Origin: an uncultured delta proteobacterium
GTDB taxonomy: Bacteria; Myxococcota; Myxococcia; Myxococcales; Myxococcaceae
Direction: 5' to 3'
Assembly (NCBI GenBank): GCA_963713045.1
Contig: CAVQKE010000003.1
Span: 64,001-128,000 of the forward strand
DNA length: 64,000 nucleotides
Part shown: positions 33,113 to 41,773 of the stretch, one piece after another
Position numbering within the stretch: the stretch's first letter is position 1
How the letters are laid out: every line of letters begins with the position of its first letter
Program-made: the position numbers and the translations under genes
The notes under the pieces: model-generated
What the model saw: only the letters and a program-made list of their open reading frames with translations
Databases searched by the model: none
Told to the model about the DNA's origin: nothing

Positions 33113-34396
33113 ATGACAACTCAAGGAGCGGTGGCACTACTGTGCGTCGAATTGCTGGTGGTGCAACGCATTTATCCATCTCCAGGGGCGCAATCGCCAC
33201 CAGTCCCACAACCGGTTGCCGGCGCAACTCAGAACCCGACAGCGCCGCTGGCGCCCGGTCAACTCGACAGCCTGGTTGCTCCCGTCGCGCTATATCCCGA
33301 CCCCATCCTGAGCCAGGTGCTGGTAGCCTCCACGTATCCTTTGGAGATCGTCGAAGCCGCCCGCTGGCTGAGTGCACATTCCGCGCTTCAGGGTAAAGCC
33401 CTTGTTGACGCGGCCGCGAAGCAAACCTGGGACGCCAGCGTGCAGGCTTTAGTCGTCTTCCCCGACCTGCTCACGCTTCTGAATAAGGACATCGGTTGGA
33501 CATCGGACTTGGGAAACGCCTTTCTCGCGCAACAGCAGGACGTGCTGGACGCCGTCCAACGGATGCGTCAGAAAGCCGAGAACAAAGGAACCCTGCAATC
33601 GAATGACAAGCAAACGGTCAATTCCACAGCACAAGGCGGAAACACTTACATTGAAATACAACCCGCCAGTCCTGAAGTCGTCTACATACCGCAATACGAC
33701 CCGGCTGCGATATGGGGCCCGCCCGAGTATTATCCGTATCCGCCCGTTTACTATCCAACTGCTGGCGCGGTGTTCGCGGCAGGCGCGATCTCTTTCGGCA
33801 TCGGTGTTGCGGTCGGAGCCATCGTGTCAGGCGGCTGGAATAGCTGGGGCTGGAATGCGGGATGGGGCAATCACAACGTCGTCATCAACAACAATTTCAT
33901 CAGCCGCAATAACCTTACTCGCGTGAACGCCGCCGGCAACGGCAATGCGTGGGTGCACAATCCAGCCCACCGCGGCGGTGTGCCCTACAGCAACCGGAAT
34001 GTGGCAGACAGGTTCAACGGCGGCCGCGGCAATGTCGTGAACACGCGACCGACCACTGGCCAGATCCAGCAGGGACTGAACAAGGCCAATCTCTCACAGC
34101 GTCCCGGTAACGTCAGTCCTGGCCAACCCGGGAATGGCAATGCTCTGCGTCCCGGACAAGGTAACGCGGCACAGGGCGCTCGTCCCAGCCCAGGCCAGAT
34201 CGGACAAAATGTCAAACCCTCAGGGGGCGGTGATCGAATTGGGAACAGAAACATCGGCGGCGCAACGGGTGGGGGAGCGTTTGGCGGGATCAATCAGGGC
34301 GGTAATCGCACAGTTATGAATAGCAATCGTGGATTCTCGAGTGCCGGTGGATTCCGCGGCGGCGGGGGATCTCGAGGAGGCGGCCGGAGGAGATAG
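33113..34396 (+). CDS. DUF3300 domain protein with long Gly/Asn/Arg-rich tail
   Basis: LDSLVAPVALYPDPILSQVLVASTYP, WDASVQAL, LGNAFLAQ and VYIPQYDP. Confidence 0.9.
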   Translation: MTTQGAVALLCVELLVVQRIYPSPGAQSPPVPQPVAGATQNPTAPLAPGQLDSLVAPVALYPDPILSQVLVASTYPLEIVEAARWLSAHSALQGKALVDAAAKQTWDASVQALVVFPDLLTLLNKDIGWTSDLGNAFLAQQQDVLDAVQRMRQKAENKGTLQSNDKQTVNSTAQGGNTYIEIQPASPEVVYIPQYDPAAIWGPPEYYPYPPVYYPTAGAVFAAGAISFGIGVAVGAIVSGGWNSWGWNAGWGNHNVVINNNFISRNNLTRVNAAGNGNAWVHNPAHRGGVPYSNRNVADRFNGGRGNVVNTRPTTGQIQQGLNKANLSQRPGNVSPGQPGNGNALRPGQGNAAQGARPSPGQIGQNVKPSGGGDRIGNRNIGGATGGGAFGGINQGGNRTVMNSNRGFSSAGGFRGGGGSRGGGRRR

Positions 34397-34409
34397 CAGG
34401 AACGAAATC

Positions 34410-35318
34410 ATGCGCATTCCAACCATCATTCCTTTGTTCGTGGCCGGTGCAATGCTGGCTGCAATCCAGATACAAGCTGCCCACCTGCAAGGTGAAGGGT
34501 TCCAGTCGCCCTATGCCGCGGCGAAGGGGCTGCTAGCCGCCGCCGAGAGCGACGACGTTGCAGCCTTGGTCAAGATTCTCGGGCCGTCGGCAAAAGACTT
34601 TCTGATAACTAGCGATCCCGTCGCGGATAAACAACTGCGGCGCAAATTTGTGGATGCGGCCCAACTACGAATGAAAGTTGTGGCTGATCCGCACAATCCT
34701 CACGCCAGGACCGTGCTGGTAGGTACAGACGGGTGGCCGTTACCAATACCGATCGTGCAGGCCAATGGGAAATGGTATTTCGACGCGGAGCAAGGAAAGC
34801 AGGAGATTCTCGCCCGGCGAATCGGCAGCAACGAATTGGACGCCATCGAAGTGTGCCGGGGCTACGTCGAAGCGCAAAACGAGTACGCGGAGCGGGATCG
34901 AACGGGTAGTGGAACTCCACACTATGCGCAAAAAATGATCAGCTCGCCTGGCAAGCAGGACGGGCTTTACTGGGCGGCCACTAACAAGAATGACCAGAGT
35001 CCCATCGCGGACCTCATTGCGCAGGCGTTCGCGGAAGGCTATACGAATCGTCACCAGCCGTATCACGGATACTATTTCAAAATCCTGACTGCTCAGGGAC
35101 CGCAGGCCACGGGCGGTGAGATGAACTATCTGCAGAATGGCCTTATGACCAAGGGATTCGCGCTGGTTGCGTGGCCGTCCGGTTTCGGATCCACCGGCAT
35201 GATGGCTTTCATTGTGGACAAATCAGGAATCGTTTATGAGAAGAATCTTGGGCCAAGACCTCCGAAATCGCTCGCGATTACGATGCCTATGATCCGGACG
35301 AGACCTGGGCGCCCGTAG
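34410..35318 (+). CDS. DUF2950 domain protein; possible late frameshift
   Basis: WPLPIPIV, RRIGSNEL, YAQKMISSPGKQDGLYW, PYHGYYFKILTAQG and GFALVAWP. Confidence 0.9.
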   Translation: MRIPTIIPLFVAGAMLAAIQIQAAHLQGEGFQSPYAAAKGLLAAAESDDVAALVKILGPSAKDFLITSDPVADKQLRRKFVDAAQLRMKVVADPHNPHARTVLVGTDGWPLPIPIVQANGKWYFDAEQGKQEILARRIGSNELDAIEVCRGYVEAQNEYAERDRTGSGTPHYAQKMISSPGKQDGLYWAATNKNDQSPIADLIAQAFAEGYTNRHQPYHGYYFKILTAQGPQATGGEMNYLQNGLMTKGFALVAWPSGFGSTGMMAFIVDKSGIVYEKNLGPRPPKSLAITMPMIRTRPGRP

Positions 35319-35440
35319 ACACGTCGGCTCGCAAGTAAATTTCGAGATCCGCTCGTCGCGTCACTGCGCGGCGATCCCGATCACCCTTCTATGCCAGCTT
35401 CACAGCACTGGCGCGCATGCAAAAGCTTTGGAGACAGGAA

Positions 35441-36463
35441 ATGAATCGATCATTTGTATTCTGCGTTGTTTTGATTGTGTTCTTATTACCGATTCTTGCG
35501 CACTCGCAACCCCTGATTGCCCGTGACAACGGGACCGCGTGTGGGTTCTGGGGGCAAATTGTTGGATCCACGCATCTGCTTCAACAGGGGATGGAACTGG
35601 AACTTATTCCGAAGAGCGCTCAAGCGGAAAGCGCAACCAAACAAAAACTTCTCGTGCCTGCCAACGGGAATTTCGATTTCGGCAAGTTGGCGCCGGGCGA
35701 TTACCAGCTTCGCGTTCGCGATCTCTCCGGGCACGTGTTAGTCGAGCGAATGCAGACGGTCGGCACCAGTAAAACTCAGCCGATACTCGTGTTCGTAGCG
35801 GATCCGAATTGGACTCTTGAGTACACGAATTCTGTTTCGATGTCGTCGCTACAGCATAAAACTCCAAAACGCGCCTTACAAGCTCTCCAGACGGCGAAAA
35901 AAACGTTAGACAGTGGAGATGAGCAAGCGACCATTAAGCATCTGCAGGAAGCCGTCGATCTTGATCCGGATTTTGCGGAAGCGCACGGCGATCTGGCGAT
36001 CATGTACGCCAGGCAGGGCCGCCTGGATCAGGCCTTGGAGCATGCACAAACTGCTTTTCAACTGAATCCGCGACTGTCCGAAGCAGGCTGCAACGTGGCG
36101 TTGTTGTTGATGAATTTGAAGCGGTATCCCGAGGCCGAGCGCGCCGCGCGCGGCTTAGTTTCGGATCGGTACCTGTCCTCGCTTCCCCAGGGAGTCCTGG
36201 CGATTAGCCTGATAGAGCAGCGAAAAGATCTGGAGGAGGCGCTCAAACATCTGAATGATGCCGCGCGCGCAATCCCGTTCTTCCGGTTACTCGTCGCGAA
36301 CGCGCTTAACGACATTCACCGCCCGGAGTTGGCTCTCATCCAGGTGAATGAGTATCTCCACTCGTCCGCCCACGATTGTGAGCGGTCAGATCTGGAGGCT
36401 TGGGTCGCAAAAGTAGAACAGCGATTGAGCACGCTTCATGACATCTCCGATCAGACTCATTGA
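35441..36463 (+). CDS. Exported tetratricopeptide-repeat protein with N-terminal carboxypeptidase-regulatory-like beta domain
   Basis: Signal peptide, GNFDFGKLAPGDYQLRV, and TPR pattern AVDLDPDFAEAHGDLA. Confidence 0.8.
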   Translation: MNRSFVFCVVLIVFLLPILAHSQPLIARDNGTACGFWGQIVGSTHLLQQGMELELIPKSAQAESATKQKLLVPANGNFDFGKLAPGDYQLRVRDLSGHVLVERMQTVGTSKTQPILVFVADPNWTLEYTNSVSMSSLQHKTPKRALQALQTAKKTLDSGDEQATIKHLQEAVDLDPDFAEAHGDLAIMYARQGRLDQALEHAQTAFQLNPRLSEAGCNVALLLMNLKRYPEAERAARGLVSDRYLSSLPQGVLAISLIEQRKDLEEALKHLNDAARAIPFFRLLVANALNDIHRPELALIQVNEYLHSSAHDCERSDLEAWVAKVEQRLSTLHDISDQTH

Positions 36464-36490
36464 TGGTAAACAATCGCTTTTGAGAATTCG

Positions 36491-38113
36491 ATGCCTCGGT
36501 TGAGCTCACACGCGGCCCGCTATGGCATCTCACTCTTTGCCACGGCCCTGGCGTCGCTTTTGTATTTTTGGTCCGGACCAGTGGAAGTGAGCTCTGACAT
36601 CCATTACTTTGGCTTCGTGCTGGCAGTGCTGCTGTCGGCCTTGGCCGGTGGTTTAGGGCCCGGACTGCTCGCGACTGGTCTTGCCGCGCTAGCGAGCGTT
36701 TATCTGCTCCTGCCGCCAATCTATTCGTTTCAGATCTCCTCGCATGATCATTTTGTGAGGCTGCTTCTCTTCGGCGGCGAGGGCGTCTTACTGAGCTGTG
36801 TTGGTCACATTTTCCGCGAAGCAGATATCGCAGACAATGGGGCCTGGGCTTCGCGTTACCTCCCTGTTCTCCTTTTTGTCTCTACCGCAACCGGCTTGAA
36901 GTTGCTCGCGTTTAAGGACGTTGAACGGGCTCTGCCATTTACTTTTTACTATGTCGCGATTGCTGCCAGCGCATGGACCGGGGGACTCGAACCGGGTCTC
37001 GCCGCCACATTCCTCTCCGCTCTGGTCGCCGGTTGGCTGTTTGTCATGCCGGAAAGTTCCGCGTCCTTGTTGGTTCCGATCAATGCGGCCCGTCTCGTTT
37101 TGTTCGCACTCGAAGGAAGCCTGATCGCTGGCTTGGGAGCGGCATATCCTCGGGCACGGAGCCTGGCGACGAAAGCCGTCGAGCAGATGCGTCAATATTC
37201 ACAGCGCATGCATCGAAGCCTGGAAGACGTCAAAGCGCTTCGCCTCACCAGCAACGATCTCATTTGGGAATGGGATCTGGTGTCAAATCGAGTCACCGCC
37301 GGGGCTACTCAGAGCCGAGCGGCCCGAGACTCCCGTTGCGAGTATGAGGCTTGCCTCCTGGCTGGATCTGATCCATCCGGAAGACCGCGCGGCTGTTGCG
37401 GTGAGCCTCGATTCAGTCTTGAAGCAGCGTCGCGACGACTGGACTTGCGAGTATCGAAGAATGCGCTCAGGAGGAGAATCGGATCACATACTGGATCGCG
37501 CTTACATCATTCGAGACGTTGACGGCAACCCGACGCGGGTGGTGGGCCGAAGCGTGGATCTGACCGAGTCCAACATCTCTCTCGCGCGTATCGAGCTCAA
37601 AGACGATATCGCGTGGCTTTTGAGCAGAACCCTTTGGCGATTCTGGTTACGGACGACGCGTTGCGAATCACGAATGCCAACAGTGCCGCTAGCGCGATGC
37701 TTGGATATAGCAACCCCGAACTCAGGGAGATGCACATTGAAAGCCTCTTCCATCCATCCCGCCGCGAAGCCATCATGCACCGGTTATTCGGCTTGACGCG
37801 TGAAAAAAGCGCATCGGCGGCGTTTCAAGAGCAGTGCGAGGGGGCTGGGGGCGATCTGTTCAACGCCAGAATCAATGCCGCCTCACTTGCGGATGTAAAT
37901 AGTGGATCGAAAGGCTGCGTGATCACGATCGAGAAACTTAATACTAACCGGAGCCCTGGCCTTAGTGATCGCTGGAGTGACTTGCATCCCATTGAGCGCG
38001 TAACGCGATGCTGGCGATTCTGTCTCGCTCCTCTAATTCGACCACGATCTTGTACGCATATCTCCTCGATCTTTGCATTTCGGATATGGAAACCGAAGCA
38101 CGAAAGGTGTTAA
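36491..38113 (+). CDS. Membrane sensor with two DUF4118-like modules and two PAS domains, no output domain; frameshifted near 37310 and 37610
   Basis: GGLGPGLLAT and GGLEPGLAAT repeats, IWEWDL, WLDLIHPEDR, and FEQNPLAILVTD...ANSAASAMLGYS. Confidence 0.7.
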
Positions 38114-38231
38114 GCAGGGCCTACAGCCTTGAATCCCCCCGGCCGTGAGGCCCGGAACCTGTCCGGAACGCACGCGTCCGGTACTCCTGGGGACCAACGC
38201 TCGGCTAGAGAATAATACAGCCTCCGGCCCT

Positions 38232-38429
38232 TCACAACGCCGGGTAGGCCTCCTCGGGCATCAATTCCGGTGTCTCCGGGCGGCGGCCTTCCTCGCGGAT
38301 GTCGGAGGTGACGAGGTCAATCAACTCGGTAGCGACCCCAATCACCTGCGTGGGCGTGTAGCCGCTCGCACGGAGTTGATTGAAGAAGGTTCGGGCTAAA
38401 ATTTTGCTCGCCTTCGCATCCGTGCTCAC
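38232..38429 (-). CDS. Small hypothetical protein (65 aa), myxobacterial-type
   Basis: GGAG RBS and GTG start. Reads STDAKASKILARTFFNQLRASGYTPTQVIGVATELIDLVT. Confidence 0.7.
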   Translation of the reverse strand: MSTDAKASKILARTFFNQLRASGYTPTQVIGVATELIDLVTSDIREEGRRPETPELMPEEAYPAL

Positions 38430-38475
38430 AGGGTTTCTCCTTAGGGCGGAATTCCGCCGGACAGCCACGTCAAGC

Positions 38476-38491
38476 TTCATGGGGCGTGCCA
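38476..38491 (-). promoter_or_regulatory. Possible sigma-54 promoter
   Basis: Minus strand TGGCACG-CCCC-ATGAA: perfect -24 box, divergent -12 box. Confidence 0.3.
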
Positions 38492-38624
38492 GTCCCGGGT
38501 ACCGGTTAACCCCCAGAGAACACACCACCCAGGGGTCTCCCTTCCCCTGACGAGGTGCGTAACCCATTGCGCACTGCAACCCGGACGCGACGGCCAGGGG
38601 GTGCGGGTGGACAATGGGCAGCCG

Positions 38625-38990
38625 ATGGCGTTCCGCGTGCGCACCCCGGACGGCGAGCTTTCCTACCCGACGTTGTTGGACGTGGAGCGCGCCTTCCACC
38701 TGGGGCTGGTGGACCCCGAGGACGAAGTCATCGATGAGGGTACCGGGGCAACCTACCGGGCAAGGGAGCACCCGGCCCTGGCTCCCCCTCCCCCCAGGCG
38801 CTTCTGGCAAAACCGCGCAGCCCAACCGGCACGGGTGGCGGTTGCCCTGTCGCTTGCTCTGGCGGCGCTTTTGGCGGGCGCCACCCAGCAATGGTGGCTG
38901 GCGCTGCCCACGGCCGCAGCGGCGGCGCTGGTGACGGTGCGCATCGCCATCACCGCCCAGTCCCGCCCGCGGGTGACGAAGCAGCCGTGA
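38625..38990 (+). CDS. Hypothetical membrane protein
   Basis: MAFRVRTPDGELSYPTL...GLVDPEDEV followed by two C-terminal TM helices. Confidence 0.65.
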   Translation: MAFRVRTPDGELSYPTLLDVERAFHLGLVDPEDEVIDEGTGATYRAREHPALAPPPPRRFWQNRAAQPARVAVALSLALAALLAGATQQWWLALPTAAAAALVTVRIAITAQSRPRVTKQP

Positions 38991-39018
38991 GGGTTTCCCA
39001 GCGGTAGAGTTGGGGCTG

Positions 39019-39648
39019 ATGGCTTCGTCACTGTTGGCATTGCAGGCGGCGCTGCTGCTGTGGGCTGGCGCCCCGGCGGGCGAGGAGGTTTACACCTGGA
39101 CGGACGGCGAAGGGGTGGCGCACTACACCAACGACGCCAACACCATCCCCGCGCGCTACCGCGACCAGGCCCGGTCCCTGGAGGGGCAGAGTGTCGCGAC
39201 GCCCGCCGACACGGCCAGCCCGCCGGCAACAGCTGAGGCGAAGTCCGCCTCGGCAGAGGAGGCACCCAAGGCCGTTGCGACCAAGCCGGCCGAGCGAAGC
39301 GAGGAGGCGCTGGAGGAGTCGGCTCCGCCGCCGCTTCCCTTGTCCCCCAATGAGGCGGCGGGGCTGGACGAAGCGGGCTGGCGCAAGCGCTTTTTGCGCA
39401 GCACCGAGCGGGTACACCGCGCGGAAGTCAACCTGGCGCGCGACCAGGACAGGCTGGCCCACGTGGCCAATGAAGAGTCCTACCTGGTGGTGGACGCCTA
39501 TGGCCGGACGATGACAGCCGGACGTGCCAGCGCGCTGCGGCTACAAGTGACTGAGGACGAGCGCGTCCTGGCCGAAGCGCGAGATGCGCTGCATGACTTG
39601 GAACGGCTGGCGGCGCGGGAGTCCATTCCGCTCGAATGGCGCCGCTGA
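39019..39648 (+). CDS. DUF4124 domain exported protein
   Basis: Signal peptide, VYTWTDGEGVAHYTND, Pro/Ala linker and coiled-coil C-terminus. Confidence 0.8.
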   Translation: MASSLLALQAALLLWAGAPAGEEVYTWTDGEGVAHYTNDANTIPARYRDQARSLEGQSVATPADTASPPATAEAKSASAEEAPKAVATKPAERSEEALEESAPPPLPLSPNEAAGLDEAGWRKRFLRSTERVHRAEVNLARDQDRLAHVANEESYLVVDAYGRTMTAGRASALRLQVTEDERVLAEARDALHDLERLAARESIPLEWRR

Positions 39649-39652
39649 AGGC

Positions 39653-40375
39653 CTAGCGTGACAGCCAGGCGTTGCGTCGACCGGCGGTAACCCACGGCCG
39701 CAGCGGCGGTGACGGCAGCTGGCGGCGGCGCATGAAGCCACACAGCACAAAACCGGTGACGAAGCCGCCGACGTGCGCCCACCAGGCGACGCCGCCTTGG
39801 GCGCCGGCGGCCACGCCCGCGGCCCCGTAGAAGAATTGCATGACAAACCAAAGGCCCAAGAAGACGAAGGCCGGCAATTCCACCAGCCAGGGGATGATGA
39901 TGATGGGAACCAGGGTGAGGATGCGCGCCCCGGAAAACATCAACAGATACGCCCCCAGGACACCCGAGATGGCGCCCGAGGCGCCAACCGCCGGGATGGC
40001 TGAAGTCGGCGCGGAGAGGCCCTGGACGATGAACGAGACGACGCCACACACCAGGTAGAAGACGAAGTAGCGGCCGTGCCCAAGTTGGTCCTCGACGTTG
40101 TCGCCGAAAACCCAGAGGAACCACATGTTGGAAACCAGGTGCAGCAGGTTGGCGTGCAGAAACATGGCGCTCAAAAGCGGTTGCCAACGCTGCCAGTCCA
40201 ACGCACCCCCTCGCCAGTAGAAGAAGCGCCGGGGGACGAAGGCGAAATGGGAGAAAAGCTGGTTGGCATCGGGGCTTTGGGCCACCGTCAAGAAGATGAG
40301 AATGTTGGCGAAGATGAGCCCCACCGTCACCAGCGGGAACGACCGAGACTGGGGGCTGTCGCGCAGAGGAATCAC
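39653..40375 (-). CDS. Rhomboid-family intramembrane serine protease
   Basis: GTG start (IPLRD), MFLHANLLHLVSNM, catalytic GASG and WWAHVGGF. Confidence 0.92.
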   Translation of the reverse strand: MIPLRDSPQSRSFPLVTVGLIFANILIFLTVAQSPDANQLFSHFAFVPRRFFYWRGGALDWQRWQPLLSAMFLHANLLHLVSNMWFLWVFGDNVEDQLGHGRYFVFYLVCGVVSFIVQGLSAPTSAIPAVGASGAISGVLGAYLLMFSGARILTLVPIIIIPWLVELPAFVFLGLWFVMQFFYGAAGVAAGAQGGVAWWAHVGGFVTGFVLCGFMRRRQLPSPPLRPWVTAGRRNAWLSR

Positions 40376-40444
40376 GGGAAAGTCCCCCAACTTAACCACC
40401 CGACGGGCAGCGACCACCCCCAGAAGTGGTAGGTTCCCCGCCCC

Positions 40445-41707
40445 GTGACAGAGCCCTCCTCCCCTGCCGACGAGGCAGTTGCGCCCGCCGAAGAAACCGT
40501 CCGTAAAGTCTACGTCCGCGACTTGCGGGAGAAACAGCCCGTCTTCACCGTCTTCCGTGTCACCCGCAAGACGCGGCAGACGTCGCGCAATGGGAAGGGC
40601 TTCCTCGTCCTTGGCTTCGGCGACCGGACGGGCGAAGTCGACGGCCGCATCTTCGACCGGGTGGAGGCCTTGGAAAACGCCTTCCACGTGGATGACTACG
40701 TGCTGGTGAAGGGCCAGGTGGTGTCCTTCCACGGCAAGCCGCAAGTCATCGCCGAGTCGCTGGAGCGCCTCGACCCGGAACCCATCGACGCGGCGGAATT
40801 TCAGCCGCCCACCCCGCCGCCGGCGCCCGAGGCCTCCGCCCCAGAGGCGTTCCGCGCGCCCGCCGCCGCCGAGGCCAAGGCACCAGACGGACAGCGGACG
40901 GTGGCCCAGATTCGAGAGCTGGTGGAGCAGGTGGACGACCCCCACGTGAAGGCGCTTTTGGTGGCCTTTCTCGAGGACAGCGAGATTGCCAGAGGGCTGC
41001 CGCTGGCTCCGGGCGCCAAGGGCACCCACCATGCCTACCGCGGCGGTCTGGCCGAACATCTGCTGTCCGTCATGCGGCTGTCGCAGCGGGTGGCGGAGCA
41101 GTACCCGATGCTGGACCGCGACCTGCTGTTGGCCGGCGCCCTGCTGCATGACATTGGCAAGGTGTCCGAGCTGGCCTACGCCAACGGAGGCGTGGCCTTC
41201 ACCGACCAGGGGCGCCTGGTGGGCCATGCGGTGACCACGGCGCAGGCCATTCACGCCAAGGCCGCGCAGCTACCGGACTTCCCGAGGGCCTTGCAACACC
41301 ACCTCACCCACCTGGTCATCGCCGAGCGTCGGGAGCACGCTTCGGCTAAGCCGCCGGTGACGCTTGAGGCCTACGTCGTCCACGCACTTGCCGAACTCGA
41401 CGCGCAACTGGCCGGCTGGCTCGAGGCGATGGCCAAGGACCCCAACGCCAACTGGGCGGAACCCACCCGGCTGACGGAGCGGCACCTCTTCAAGGGTGCA
41501 CCGCCCACCCGCGGCGGCCGCAGCCCGGTGGGCGCCCGCCGCAGGCGCCGGGGCCGCGTTGGTCGCGAGCGCCAGCCCGAGCGCGACGGCGCGGAGCGCA
41601 AGGAGGCGGACGCGCCGGCCGTCCCGCGGTTGACGCTTCCCCCGCTGGAGTCGCTCACCGGGTCCACACCGACTGCCGACGGCACGGAAGACCCGGCGCG
41701 CGGGTGA
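40445..41707 (+). CDS. YhaM-like OB-fold + HD-domain protein (3'-5' exoribonuclease family)
   Basis: OB fold GDRTGEVDGRIF, then HHAYRGGLAEH, LHDIGK and GRLVGH. Confidence 0.85.
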   Translation: MTEPSSPADEAVAPAEETVRKVYVRDLREKQPVFTVFRVTRKTRQTSRNGKGFLVLGFGDRTGEVDGRIFDRVEALENAFHVDDYVLVKGQVVSFHGKPQVIAESLERLDPEPIDAAEFQPPTPPPAPEASAPEAFRAPAAAEAKAPDGQRTVAQIRELVEQVDDPHVKALLVAFLEDSEIARGLPLAPGAKGTHHAYRGGLAEHLLSVMRLSQRVAEQYPMLDRDLLLAGALLHDIGKVSELAYANGGVAFTDQGRLVGHAVTTAQAIHAKAAQLPDFPRALQHHLTHLVIAERREHASAKPPVTLEAYVVHALAELDAQLAGWLEAMAKDPNANWAEPTRLTERHLFKGAPPTRGGRSPVGARRRRRGRVGRERQPERDGAERKEADAPAVPRLTLPPLESLTGSTPTADGTEDPARG

Positions 41708-41773
41708 CGCTGGCCCCAGGGGGAGCATGGACGCTACCGGCGCGGCTGCGCTAAGGCCTCGCGCACAAGGCGC

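Noticed and set aside
38100..38232. Attachment site or mobile-element end at the junction
   Set aside because: Only short CCGGAAC/CCGG repeats are present. There is no integrase, tRNA, terminal inverted repeat or matching direct repeat.
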